DNA of 64,000 bases from Planctomycetota bacterium (GTDB lineage Bacteria; Planctomycetota; Planctomycetia; Planctomycetales; Planctomycetaceae): the NCBI GenBank assembly GCA_043777375.1, contig JAYWHX010000009.1, positions 94,918-158,917 on the forward strand, in the 5' to 3' direction. The notes below the pieces were generated by a model that made no database searches, was not told the origin of the DNA, and saw nothing but the letters and a program-made list of their open reading frames with translations. Made by a program: the position numbers and the translations under genes. This document shows, piece by piece, positions 1 through 9,249 of this stretch (position 1 is its first letter; the number at the start of each line of letters is the position of its first letter).

Positions 1-1
1 G

Positions 2-304
2 TACGAGCTGCTGGGCGATAAGTATGCGGCGGTCGACCCCGCTTCCGCCGAGATGAAAGCAGCTGCGATCCAGTGGTATCGCGATGCGGCCCATCGCTAT
101 CCAAACTCGGCGAGGATTCGTTCCTCGTTAGCGATTGCGCTGTACAGCGCAGGCAGTCGACAAGAAGCCGCGAAAGAAGCGACGCGAGCCTTAAAGCTCG
201 ATGACCTCAACCAAGCTGCGGGCCATGTCGATAAGGTTCTGCTGCCTGAGGTTCGGGAGCAGCTGGAGCAGGCAGTATCGGGTACCGCGATTTTGAAGCC
301 CTAA
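2..304 (+). CDS. TPR-like repeat protein, C-terminal part (5' end outside window)
   Basis: The frame is open from the window edge to the stop at 302-304. It encodes helical Ala/Leu-rich repeats (AIALYSAGSRQEAAKEATRALKLD). Confidence 0.45.
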   Translation, partial: YELLGDKYAAVDPASAEMKAAAIQWYRDAAHRYPNSARIRSSLAIALYSAGSRQEAAKEATRALKLDDLNQAAGHVDKVLLPEVREQLEQAVSGTAILKP

Positions 305-353
305 GCGTGACAGCAAATTCCGACGAATGCTGCGACGGGACTTCCAAAATGAA

Positions 354-386
354 AACAACCCTTCGATCGATCACCGAAGGGTTGTT
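354..386. terminator. Bidirectional intrinsic terminator hairpin between converging genes
   Basis: A 12-bp perfect stem (aacaacccttcg / cgaagggttgtt) with a 9-nt loop. T-rich tracts follow on both strands. Confidence 0.7.
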
Positions 387-412
387 TGATTTTCACGCCT
401 CACGCCAATCGT

Positions 413-1708
413 TTACCGGCGATCGGCGACTCGACCCGTGACGGACCCACCACCGGTGTTCCCCGTCTGAAGAACTTCCCGGCCCCGGCCTGTGTAAAAA
501 TCGGACAGCTGGATCACAGCGGGACCGAGCAGGAAGAGATAGACGGCAGGGAGCAGGCACAGCACAGTTGGGAACAGGAGCTTGAACGTAGCGGAGTTGG
601 CCTTTTGGTCGGCTCGCTGACGCATCGTCTCCCGCATGCTGTCGGAGTAGTCAACCAGAGCACTGCTCATGCTCGTGCCCATGCGGTCGGTTTGAATGAT
701 CAAGGATGTGAAGGAGTGGACTTCCGGCACGTCGACCCGCTGGCTAAATCCGGTCAGAGCCTGTTGCATGGAGCCGACTCGAGACTGCTCAGTGACAATT
801 CGCAGTTCTTTGGCGAGAGCGGGATAGACCGGCTCCAAGTCGCCACCGACACGTCCCAAAGCCTTGGGAACCGTCATCCCCTGGCTGACGCACATGTTCA
901 GCAGATCGAGCATGTCGGGCATGCCGTTGCTGATTTCCTTGAGTCGCTCTGCAGCCTTGCTGCGAATGATGAGGGTCGGCAACGCCCAGCCTACGATGGG
1001 CAGCATGACGATCGCGGCGATCAGAAACGGTTCCAAGCGAGGGGGACCGAACACCAGCAGCAGGCCGCAGACGATGATCGGCAAAAAGATGCCGAGATAG
1101 CGGATTGAGGAGAGATTGTGCCAAGCATTACGTCCGTAGTAACCGGCGTTCTGAAGCGACCGAGTCAGCTCGCGCCGACGCTCATCCGATTCTGGAAGCA
1201 TCGAGGACAGAGTGGTCGTCACGGGACCGAAGACGAGATCGCTGCCATCCCCGAGCGCGGATTCTTCGATGGGCTGCGCGGCGGCTTCCGTTTTGGATTG
1301 TTGTCCCAGGCCGCTGGCGGTGACGTAGTCGGTGTTCCAGATTCCCGACCCGGTGGGCTTGTTGCCGAAGATGCGTGAACGACTCCCTTCGGGGGTAATC
1401 CGCGAGGTTGAATCGTCGTCGTGAATCGAGGCCACGGTGTCGCGAGTCACCCGCGGCGTTGGCACGGCAGCGACTGCGACTGCGACTGCAGGAACAGGCG
1501 GGACGACTGCAACGGGTGGAATTGGCGGTGGTTGCAGCGGACTCGGTCCGGCTGGTGAAGCAACGGAGCGATGAATGCCGCTGCCCTTCTCAGGACGGCG
1601 CCGAATGGCAGTGTTCTCCTGACGGGAGCGCCACGCTTTGTAAATGATCCGTAAGATCAGGATCACCGACAGCGCGATCATCAGGGAGACAATGGGAAAG
1701 TTTTTCAT
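413..1708 (-). CDS. tadC: Type II secretion system F family protein (TadC-like) with ~175-aa N-terminal extension
   Basis: The C-terminal half shows the T2SSF pattern (NGMPDMLDLLNMCVSQGMTVPKAL ... FPTVLCLLPAVYLFLLGP). It is the last gene of the Tad operon. Confidence 0.75.
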   Translation of the reverse strand: MKNFPIVSLMIALSVILILRIIYKAWRSRQENTAIRRRPEKGSGIHRSVASPAGPSPLQPPPIPPVAVVPPVPAVAVAVAAVPTPRVTRDTVASIHDDDSTSRITPEGSRSRIFGNKPTGSGIWNTDYVTASGLGQQSKTEAAAQPIEESALGDGSDLVFGPVTTTLSSMLPESDERRRELTRSLQNAGYYGRNAWHNLSSIRYLGIFLPIIVCGLLLVFGPPRLEPFLIAAIVMLPIVGWALPTLIIRSKAAERLKEISNGMPDMLDLLNMCVSQGMTVPKALGRVGGDLEPVYPALAKELRIVTEQSRVGSMQQALTGFSQRVDVPEVHSFTSLIIQTDRMGTSMSSALVDYSDSMRETMRQRADQKANSATFKLLFPTVLCLLPAVYLFLLGPAVIQLSDFYTGRGREVLQTGNTGGGSVTGRVADRR

Positions 1709-1771
1709 CGCCGGGTCCGTCAGTCAGAAAAGTGTGCGAGGCGGTGAGCGAACAGTGTCAGTATGGGGGTG

Positions 1772-2653
1772 TTACGACTGCTTGCTGGACGACAGGATGC
1801 GGAGCACCCACAGAGATCCGATGATTTGCAGGCAGGCTGCCAGCAGCGTCAGGCGGAAGCCCCAGGTGGAGTTCATCAGGTTCTGCCAATAGCCCGGATC
1901 ACGGATGCAGAAGAACACGAGGATCGCAGGGGGCAAGGTGATCATCAGGATGGCGACACCTCGACTGGCTGCGGTCGCAGCTGCCAGACGACCTTGGAAC
2001 TGAATCCGATCACGGACCGTTTCGGCCAGGCGCTGCAGCACTTGCACGAGGTCACCACCGGTTTCGCGGTGGACACCAAGTGCGGTGGCGAGGACGCTTG
2101 TGCTGACGAGTCCCGTGCGGACGGGTAGCTCTTCCATGGCTTGTGACAGCGGCAGACCGAAGGCGATGCGGTCGGTACAACGACGAAGTTCCGAACCGAG
2201 TGGAGCGGGGGTGTCGTTGGCCACGACTTGCAGGCAGGATTCAAGGCTACGTCCGGTCTTAGCCGCACGAGCGAGCTCGTCGATCATCGGGGGCATCTGG
2301 TTCATCATCACAGTCTGGCGACGTGAACGCATGATGACAGACACCACGATCGGAGCAATGAAGCCGATGAAGGCTGCCATGGCTGCGGTGATGAGGTTCT
2401 CTTGAATCACGTATGCGAGTCCGCCCAAGGCGACTCCGCAGCACAGGCACAGTGCCAGGACCATGCTGGGCGAGAGCCCCATCCCCGACTGAATCATCAG
2501 CAGGTCGAACCACGAATTGATGCGGTTGCCGACGTCTTCCGATTCGCCGGTGGCGAAGGTCTCCTGCTCACGCAGAATGCCTCCAAATTCAGGTCGGGGT
2601 GTGATTAGGTCGCTGGACATGTCTGCCTCGGGTCGGGTCAGTGGGGCAGACAT
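1772..2653 (-). CDS. tadB: Type II secretion system F family protein (TadB-like)
   Basis: Polytopic membrane protein with a T2SSF-like core (MPPMIDELARAAKTGRSLESCL). It lies directly downstream of cpaF. Confidence 0.75.
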   Translation of the reverse strand: MSAPLTRPEADMSSDLITPRPEFGGILREQETFATGESEDVGNRINSWFDLLMIQSGMGLSPSMVLALCLCCGVALGGLAYVIQENLITAAMAAFIGFIAPIVVSVIMRSRRQTVMMNQMPPMIDELARAAKTGRSLESCLQVVANDTPAPLGSELRRCTDRIAFGLPLSQAMEELPVRTGLVSTSVLATALGVHRETGGDLVQVLQRLAETVRDRIQFQGRLAAATAASRGVAILMITLPPAILVFFCIRDPGYWQNLMNSTWGFRLTLLAACLQIIGSLWVLRILSSSKQS

Positions 2654-2722
2654 TCCTGCCTGCCATTGCCATGTGGGAAACTCGATCAGCAGACAGGAGT
2701 GTCTGCTCTACCTGAAGGCCAA

Positions 2723-4057
2723 TCAGGAGAAGATCGAAGTGGCTTCGAAACCTGACTTCAGTTCACGGGCGGCGAACAGCTTCGGGTTCACGTCGATCCC
2801 GCGAGCTGCGATGCGGCGAACGCATTGTGGCTCGTAGCCAGTGGCGTAGAACGAACCGAGCATGCGGCCCGCTCCGTCCACACCGGCCATGCGGTAGACA
2901 AAGATGTCTTCGATGTCGAATTCGCCGTTGGTGACACCGGTCAACTCAGAGATGCGAATCACCTTGCGTTCGCCGTTGGCGAGGCGAGCCACATGCAGGA
3001 AGATCTGAATGGCCGACGCGATGTACTGACGAGCCACTCGGGTTGGCAGTTCGGCTCCCGAGAGGGCAATCATCAGTTCCAGGCGTTGCAGAGCGTCACG
3101 AGTGTCGTTGGCGTGCACGGTACTCATCGAGCCGTCGTGACCAGTGTTCATGGCTTGCAGCATGTCGAGGACTTCGCCGCCACGGGCTTCACCAACGATG
3201 ATGCGGTCGGGCCGCATTCGCAGTGAGTTACGCAGCAGATCGCGAGGAGTCACGACTCCCTTGCCTTCCACGTTCGCGACACGCGTTTCGAGTCCCACCA
3301 CGTCCGCTTGTTGCAGCTGGAGTTCGGCGGTCTCTTCGATCGTGACCACACGTTCGGTGGCAGGAATGAACCGGCTCAAGTTATTGAGCATGGTCGTCTT
3401 CCCGGCACCGGTACCACCCGAGAGCAGCACGTTCATGCGACCACGGACGCACTGAATCAGGAACTCGGCCATTTCCGGGGCCAGCGTTCCCATGCGGACC
3501 ATGTCTTCGAACTGCAGGATCTTGGTCTTGAACCGGCGAATCGACAACGTCGGTCCCCGCAGAGCCAGCGGCGGAATCACCGCATGCAGACGCGATCCGT
3601 CCGGCAGCTTGGCATCGACCATCGGCGAGGTCTCGTCGATCCGACGACCCGCCTGGCCGACGAGCCGCTGAATGAAGTGCAGCAGATGGGCATCATCGGC
3701 GAACTTCACATCGGTGCGCTCCAGCAGACCGTTCCGTTCCACGAACACAGTGTCGTGTCCATTGACGAGGACGTCACTGATCTCAGGATCGTCCATCAGC
3801 TCCTGGAGTGGTCCGAAGCCGTAGATTTCATCCATCAGCTCCTGCACCATCAGGTCGCGATCACGACCAGTCAGATTGGCTTCCGGACGAGCACACAGAT
3901 GTGTCGCCAGCCCTTTGAGCTGCTTGCGGAATTCGTCATCGCCGAGCTCACCCGACTTCGACATGTCGATCGAGTCGACAATCTGACGGTGAAGTTTGGT
4001 CTTGAGCTGCTGAAAGGTCCGACGGTTATCGACGCCCATGGCAGGTTGTCCTGTCAA
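2723..4057 (-). CDS. cpaF: CpaF/TadA family pilus assembly ATPase
   Basis: Walker A motif GGTGAGKTT, the Asp/His box region ([31 protein letters not shown]), and the typical length of 444 aa. Confidence 0.9.
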   Translation of the reverse strand: MTGQPAMGVDNRRTFQQLKTKLHRQIVDSIDMSKSGELGDDEFRKQLKGLATHLCARPEANLTGRDRDLMVQELMDEIYGFGPLQELMDDPEISDVLVNGHDTVFVERNGLLERTDVKFADDAHLLHFIQRLVGQAGRRIDETSPMVDAKLPDGSRLHAVIPPLALRGPTLSIRRFKTKILQFEDMVRMGTLAPEMAEFLIQCVRGRMNVLLSGGTGAGKTTMLNNLSRFIPATERVVTIEETAELQLQQADVVGLETRVANVEGKGVVTPRDLLRNSLRMRPDRIIVGEARGGEVLDMLQAMNTGHDGSMSTVHANDTRDALQRLELMIALSGAELPTRVARQYIASAIQIFLHVARLANGERKVIRISELTGVTNGEFDIEDIFVYRMAGVDGAGRMLGSFYATGYEPQCVRRIAARGIDVNPKLFAARELKSGFEATSIFS

Positions 4058-4111
4058 TCAGTCTGAGGAAGTTCGCGGTCCGGATCAGCAAAGACCCGGA
4101 CTGCCACTGAA

Positions 4112-5404
4112 TTAGTGGCTGAGGAACAGTTTGAAGATGTATGGGTTGACCTTCTCGTCACTCACGCCGCTCATCCAAGCAGCGTCATGAGTTTCAAGAA
4201 GAGCGGTGCGGGTGGCGATCACGGCAGGCTGTGCCGTGATGTGTAGCCCTTGGCTGCCGTCATCATCCACGGCGAGGATGCGAATCCCGACCAAGTTGAC
4301 GACAGCTGCGTGACCAAGTGTGTTTGAGGTTGGTTGGTGATCAATGTAGAGACCACAGATGCGGGTCTGGCCGACAAGCTTCTGCAGCTCGTCTTGAATC
4401 GGTCCGGGCAGGGCTGCATCGACATCGAGAGTCTGCGGCCCCTGGTCGGTGCGGAACTCAGCTCCGAAAGACTTGAGGTCGGTCACAGTCCAGCCAGTTT
4501 GGACTTGGTTCGCGACTTGACTCTCATGCAGTCCGGTGCCGATATCGATGGTCAGCATGTTGGCTTTGGCGGCGTCTTCGTCCTTCGCTCCAACGGGAGC
4601 GGCATGCAGCAGGATTTCGGGAATTCCGTCGGACTCAGCGATCACGCTGCCCGACTCTGCGTCGTAGCCGTAGCGATCCATTCCCAACCGCATGTCGATC
4701 TGCCGCTGCCACGTATCGGGACGTCTTGGATCGGCGTGCGTGTACAGGATGGCCAGCGGCAGAGCCGGTACGGGTGAGTTGTCATTCGGCTGCACACCAA
4801 CGATTCGATTGTCGACACTGGCTTCGGCGATTGCCTGAGCGTCTCCTCCGGTCTTGCGAGTCAGTCCCCGAAAGAACAGAGCCACGGGATTGCCTCGACT
4901 CCGCAAGCGAGCCGCTTTGACCACGCACGTCGTGGGATGTTCGGTCTCAGCGACGAATTCCGCCTCGCCGGTCTCGGAGGACATCTCGATCGTCCCGATC
5001 AGGACATCTCCGTCATCGCCATCCTTCAGATCGACAGCTGTGCCGACTGAGAAGTTCTTGCGACCAATTGCAATCGCGGCGTCACGAGCAGAAGTCGTGA
5101 GATCCACAGACTTCGGATTGAGGCGAGCATCTGTCGCCAATTGCCCCGCTCCTGCCAGTGCTGCAGCTTCCGCTGCGGCCTGCAGTTCGACTTGGGCTGC
5201 GTCCAGCCAGAGCCGATCAAAGACCAGCGCCAGACAAGCCCCGACGAGCAGCAGGGCCATGGCGACCACCATGACGATGCTTCCACGCCGGGGACGTGCA
5301 GGCGAAGTCGTTCGGATTGGACGCAATGACAACACGGGTTGCCTCTTCTGTGCAAGAGAGTGTTCTCGATTGGAAACATTCCAATCGGCTGCAGCTGGGA
5401 TCAA
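4112..5404 (-). CDS. TadG-like pilus assembly protein (Tad N-terminal domain)
   Basis: N-terminal motif RRGSIVMVVAMALLLVGACLALVFD, followed by an Ala-rich helix typical of TadG/TadE N-terminal domains. Operon context supports the call. Confidence 0.55.
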   Translation of the reverse strand: MIPAAADWNVSNREHSLAQKRQPVLSLRPIRTTSPARPRRGSIVMVVAMALLLVGACLALVFDRLWLDAAQVELQAAAEAAALAGAGQLATDARLNPKSVDLTTSARDAAIAIGRKNFSVGTAVDLKDGDDGDVLIGTIEMSSETGEAEFVAETEHPTTCVVKAARLRSRGNPVALFFRGLTRKTGGDAQAIAEASVDNRIVGVQPNDNSPVPALPLAILYTHADPRRPDTWQRQIDMRLGMDRYGYDAESGSVIAESDGIPEILLHAAPVGAKDEDAAKANMLTIDIGTGLHESQVANQVQTGWTVTDLKSFGAEFRTDQGPQTLDVDAALPGPIQDELQKLVGQTRICGLYIDHQPTSNTLGHAAVVNLVGIRILAVDDDGSQGLHITAQPAVIATRTALLETHDAAWMSGVSDEKVNPYIFKLFLSH

Positions 5405-5468
5405 CCTTTGGTCACAAAACCGCCGCCGATCTGGAGGGTCGGCGGGGGCTTGTGTCTGGGCTTAATGA

Positions 5469-6650
5469 TTACGGGTTGCCTTCTGGTGCGCCGGTCACCT
5501 GACCAGCACCACCGCCGAAGCCTCCGGCGTTTCCGCCCGCTGCTCCCGCAGAATCACCACCGGCCGCTCCTTGAGGGACAGAGTAGAATCCGTTGCCGTA
5601 TCCTCCCCCGTTGCCGCCGAAGCCACCTCCACCGTAACCACCGCCGTAGCCGCCTCCATACCCACCGCCATAACCGCCGCCGTTGTCATCACGACGACGA
5701 TCCATTGGTGGTGGTGGTGGTTCGCTGTTCCCACCGTATCCGTATCCACCGCCGTAGCCGTTGCCATAGCCATTCGCATAGAGCGGCTGGTTGTAGTCAA
5801 ACCGCTCGATGGCATATCGATCGCTACGCAGTCCGTCCTTAAACGTCTGCAACCGACGGCTGGCTCCGGAGAAGATCTCGGTGACCGTCGGGCGCACTTG
5901 TTCGTTCTTCTTCTCTTCCGGGGTCTTCAGACCGAGGATCTCGTCCAGATAGGCCCGGTCCTGATCGCGGAGGGCGAACTGATTCTCGGCCTTGCCGTCT
6001 GGTGTATAGACAAGGGTCATCTGACCCTTCTTGCTGGCGAGCAGCAAAACGTTGGCATGATCGGGAGTCATCTCGAGAGTGACGGTGTTCTGACCACGAG
6101 TGGTCTCGGCACTTCCGCTCACGCTCTTGTTCATCGCGACGACCTTCACTCCCTTGAAGAGAGTCATGATCATGCCACCGTTCTTGGCAGCGTCCCGATA
6201 CCACGACGGAACAAAGTGGATGTCCACATGGTCGCCCGCTTTGACGAGCCCGTCGACTGCAGCTGTGCCATCGGTCAGGGAGATCGTCACAGCGCGCATG
6301 CCTGTCCCCACGTCAAGAGGTGGTCCATCATTGGGAGCGTACAGGTCGAGCGTGCTGATGGCTTCAGCCGCCTTGATCTTGGTCTTCACGACGCGACCGA
6401 GCAGGACGCGATCGCTCTTGACGATGTCACGGGTGATCGTCCCTTGAGACTTCTTGCCAATGGCCAGGTGAGCCTTGGTAATCACGGTTCCCGGTTCGAG
6501 ATCGGCTATGGCCATCGGCACATCGATCCGATCATCGACGGGTGGGGTCTCATCGCGGGCCAGCAGCTTTTTGCCGACGTAGGCCAGCACGAGGCCGCCG
6601 ATAATCAGCAGCATCAGCAGGGTGAGTGTGGCGGGTGACAGACGTTTCAC
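5469..6650 (-). CDS. cpaB: Flp pilus assembly protein CpaB/RcpC with Gly/Tyr-rich C-terminal tail
   Basis: N-terminal TM helix followed by a SAF-like segment (DLEPGTVITKAHL). The last ~103 aa are low complexity (GGGYGGGYGGGYGGGYGGGGFGG). Confidence 0.7.
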   Translation of the reverse strand: MKRLSPATLTLLMLLIIGGLVLAYVGKKLLARDETPPVDDRIDVPMAIADLEPGTVITKAHLAIGKKSQGTITRDIVKSDRVLLGRVVKTKIKAAEAISTLDLYAPNDGPPLDVGTGMRAVTISLTDGTAAVDGLVKAGDHVDIHFVPSWYRDAAKNGGMIMTLFKGVKVVAMNKSVSGSAETTRGQNTVTLEMTPDHANVLLLASKKGQMTLVYTPDGKAENQFALRDQDRAYLDEILGLKTPEEKKNEQVRPTVTEIFSGASRRLQTFKDGLRSDRYAIERFDYNQPLYANGYGNGYGGGYGYGGNSEPPPPPMDRRRDDNGGGYGGGYGGGYGGGYGGGGFGGNGGGYGNGFYSVPQGAAGGDSAGAAGGNAGGFGGGAGQVTGAPEGNP

Positions 6651-6722
6651 TTCAAGGTCTCCAGAAGGTTCCAGACGTGCGTGTTGCGCGGGTGTAGGGC
6701 GGTGACGATCCTTCGCCGGACT

Positions 6723-7130
6723 TCATTCCTTCGCCATGCGGGTTTCGCAGAGCAGTTCGCGGCCTTTGAGGCTGTAGCCAATCAGCCACAGCAGATCCGG
6801 AGAGGCCGCAGCCATCGGGACCTCAACGGCCACGCTGACTTCGTCACCGGTCTTGTCTCCCAATTCGGCGGTCACTCGAGCGTGTGGCGAGAGACGCCCG
6901 CCGAGTGAGTACCGGACTTCTTCTTCCACGGATTCGGGTGTCGCTCCATAGAGCCGTGCCGCTCGGGCTCCCGCGCGACTGGCTTCGACCACGTCACCGC
7001 GGGCAAAGAACAGCAACGAGAACTCGAGCAAGCCGAATAGCAGAACGGTCAGGATCGGCAGAGTGAGCAATAGCTCGGCACTCAGGATGCCGCGTCGACG
7101 TGTACGAGTTGTGGTGGATGTTCGTCGCAT
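6723..7130 (-). CDS. TadE/TadG family pseudopilin-like protein
   Basis: Motif RRGILSAELLLTLPILTVLLFGLLEF. The ATG at 7130 overlaps the upstream stop (TGATG). The longer ORF-track start at 7205 would overlap the peptidase gene. Confidence 0.65.
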   Translation of the reverse strand: MRRTSTTTRTRRRGILSAELLLTLPILTVLLFGLLEFSLLFFARGDVVEASRAGARAARLYGATPESVEEEVRYSLGGRLSPHARVTAELGDKTGDEVSVAVEVPMAAASPDLLWLIGYSLKGRELLCETRMAKE

Positions 7131-7729
7131 CACACGGCCTCCGTCGTTTGGGTTTGAACGGGAGCGGTGGGTGCCGTCACACGATCGAGCGTCGGCAATT
7201 TCCAAGCCATCACCAGCCAGGTGGCCACACAGACCGGGATGGCGAATGCCATGATCCGTCGGCGTTTCTTTTCATCTGCGGTTTCACTGCGAGGCTTACC
7301 GTCAGCTGTCTTCGCATTGGCGAGGTACTCGGTTTTCATTCCGCGAACGCCCTTGGAGAAGACGCTCCAGACGATAATGACCAAGGTGCTCAGGATGACT
7401 GTGCCAGTACTGGAGATGAGTACGAGTAGTGTCAGTCGATACCCGAGCCAGACGCTGAGTGCCCCCATTAACTTCACGTCTCCGCCGCCCCCGCCCCCGA
7501 CAATCCAGAGCAGGAACAGCACGCCGAACCCGACGAGGAATCCCCCTGCGGCATTCCCAACTCCTGGCCATCCATGGAAGATCCCCTGATACACCCAGCC
7601 TGCAAAGAACACAGGGAGTGTCAGGTTGTTGGGAATCCGATGCTGGCGGTAATCCCAGATCGCGGCGATCGCGGTGAACAGACCCACCACGACCACGAGA
7701 ATCCAGGATGCAAGGCTGAGCTGCGGCAT
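7130..7729 (-). CDS. A24 family prepilin peptidase (CpaA/TadV type)
   Basis: Two catalytic Asp contexts (IWDYRQHRIPN and GGGDVKLMGA) in a polytopic membrane protein. I chose the start at MPQLSL (7729). Confidence 0.8.
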   Translation of the reverse strand: MPQLSLASWILVVVVGLFTAIAAIWDYRQHRIPNNLTLPVFFAGWVYQGIFHGWPGVGNAAGGFLVGFGVLFLLWIVGGGGGGDVKLMGALSVWLGYRLTLLVLISSTGTVILSTLVIIVWSVFSKGVRGMKTEYLANAKTADGKPRSETADEKKRRRIMAFAIPVCVATWLVMAWKLPTLDRVTAPTAPVQTQTTEAV

Positions 7730-8064
7730 GAAGTCCTCTTCCCTCTCGGGAAATCGAGACAATCCATCAAGTCTATGATGCAACCCTAACACACGTTGAC
7801 GAATGAGGCGGAGCATGATGCCAAATCGTTACATGATTCCCAGCACGCATTGTTCTCCCTGACGATTACGCCAGAAGAGGCAGCCTGTCTTACCGGATCA
7901 ACATTCACGCGATTCCGGCGGGGGAACTCATACGACTCCAATAATCCGTATAATCGGTACGCAGGCATTCATGAGCAGAGCCTGGAGCAGCGAGTCATCC
8001 GCTCAATGCTTCCCCGCAAAACGAAAGCGTGCGGTGAACTGCGACGATGCAGCATTTCCAGAAG

Positions 8065-8139
8065 TCTCACGCAGAGGACGCAGAGAGGGGGAGTGTGTCC
8101 TACAGTTTTTCTGTGCGCACTCTACGCCCCTGCGTGAGA
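8065..8139. repeat. Imperfect palindromic intergenic element
   Basis: The termini tctcacgcagagg and cccctgcgtgaga match as an inverted repeat at 11 of 13 positions. The content is G/A-rich (cagaggacgcagagaggggg), in the style of the other palindromes in this window. Confidence 0.3.
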
Positions 8140-8242
8140 AATGTTCTTTCATTCTCGGTCCAAAGCTCCGCTTCGCCCGCGTGCCAGACGACTCAGAGCG
8201 GAAACTCGGGAAGGCTCCGCTTTGAAAGTCTGAACTGGCAAG

Positions 8243-9025
8243 TCACTGTGCAGCAATCAGATACCCGTAAGAGCAAATGGCCTGCACCAGTCGATCGAAC
8301 TCGGGAAGGTACTCATTCTCCATGAAGCACGAAAAGATATACCCCGATTTGTGCTGCCGAGGCCCTGCCCCGAATCTGGCTCCCCAGCGCTGAACATATA
8401 AGACGAGGGAGTGTTCGTCAGAGGCATCCAGATCTGCAGCGATCAGTGTCTGGATCAGAGTTCGGAGGTCCTCAACCCCGACCGGCGTCTTCTCACCGGG
8501 TACCAACTGAACCACTCGAAATGTCCGTCCAACGCTTGGCTCAAACAGCAAATGACGGGGAGCGATACAATCTGGCTCCTCCCCCGGGACTTGGCGCACG
8601 AATGGATTCGTAAATCCAAGCGGGAGCCGGGCCGGACTATGGTACCAATCCCACGTTGTAGGGATGCGCCATAACACACCTGGTTCTGATGGCGAGCAGA
8701 AATAGTCGTCTCCCCAAACTGTCGCTGCCAAAGGGACTGCATCAAGAGCAAACTGTTCCGGGATAATAGGTGGGACATCTTCGTCTTGCGCGGATAAAAA
8801 CCACTCTGTCAGTTTGTCTCGAAGATACGTGATCCCGCAGTCAATCTGCTTTCGATTCAACACCTGGATTTCACAGAGATCTCCCGCACCGAAAGTCGTC
8901 ACGAACGCCTCGTAGCCCTCAGGGAGCTTTCCACATTGAGACCGTAGAAACTCCACGTCCTCAGCTGTCAACAGATCTCGTTGAGAACTTGCAACGTAGA
9001 CTTGTGACCAATCGATCTTGTTCAT
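8243..9025 (-). CDS. SMI1/KNR4 (SUKH superfamily)-like protein
   Basis: N-terminal pattern LTAEDVEFLRSQCGKLPEGYEAFVTTFGAGDL resembles the SMI1/KNR4 signature. The start at MNKIDW (9025) forms an ATGA overlap with the upstream small ORF. Confidence 0.45.
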   Translation of the reverse strand: MNKIDWSQVYVASSQRDLLTAEDVEFLRSQCGKLPEGYEAFVTTFGAGDLCEIQVLNRKQIDCGITYLRDKLTEWFLSAQDEDVPPIIPEQFALDAVPLAATVWGDDYFCSPSEPGVLWRIPTTWDWYHSPARLPLGFTNPFVRQVPGEEPDCIAPRHLLFEPSVGRTFRVVQLVPGEKTPVGVEDLRTLIQTLIAADLDASDEHSLVLYVQRWGARFGAGPRQHKSGYIFSCFMENEYLPEFDRLVQAICSYGYLIAAQ

Positions 9026-9246
9026 CGTGTGCCTTTGATTGAAACGACTACCAGCAGCACTGTACATAATCCGGCCACGCCGCCCCAGAGTTGCCTGGCG
9101 AGTCCGACGGTGAAGATGGCTGCAATCAAGCCAAATATGATGAGAAACACCAGCAGCGCAATCGCCTGTGCTCGTTCGCCGGCACCTTCGGTCGAGAGTC
9201 CGAGAAGCTCCAGCAGCCAGCACAGGAAGTCACCGGGCTCAGCCAT
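9022..9246 (-). CDS. Small two-TM membrane protein
   Basis: 74 aa with two hydrophobic helices. Its start lies 3 nt after the pepF stop, and its stop overlaps the next start (ATGA). Confidence 0.45.
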   Translation of the reverse strand: MAEPGDFLCWLLELLGLSTEGAGERAQAIALLVFLIIFGLIAAIFTVGLARQLWGGVAGLCTVLLVVVSIKGTR

Positions 9247-9249
9247 GCA

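Noticed and set aside
386-1108. 240-aa plus-strand ORF opposite tadC. Similar antisense ORFs lie at 3308-4066, 5571-6638, 9880-11088, 20508-21500, 24981-25790, 30068-30973 and 38961-38743-type frames.
   Set aside because: Each overlaps a gene with strong family motifs on the other strand and has Arg/Gly/His-rich, motif-free translations. I treat them as non-coding shadows.
7730-8240. Search for an Flp pilin gene upstream of the prepilin peptidase
   Set aside because: Hand translation of the ATG-initiated short ORFs on both strands gave no hydrophobic Flp-like peptide. Only noise ORFs and a palindromic repeat were seen.
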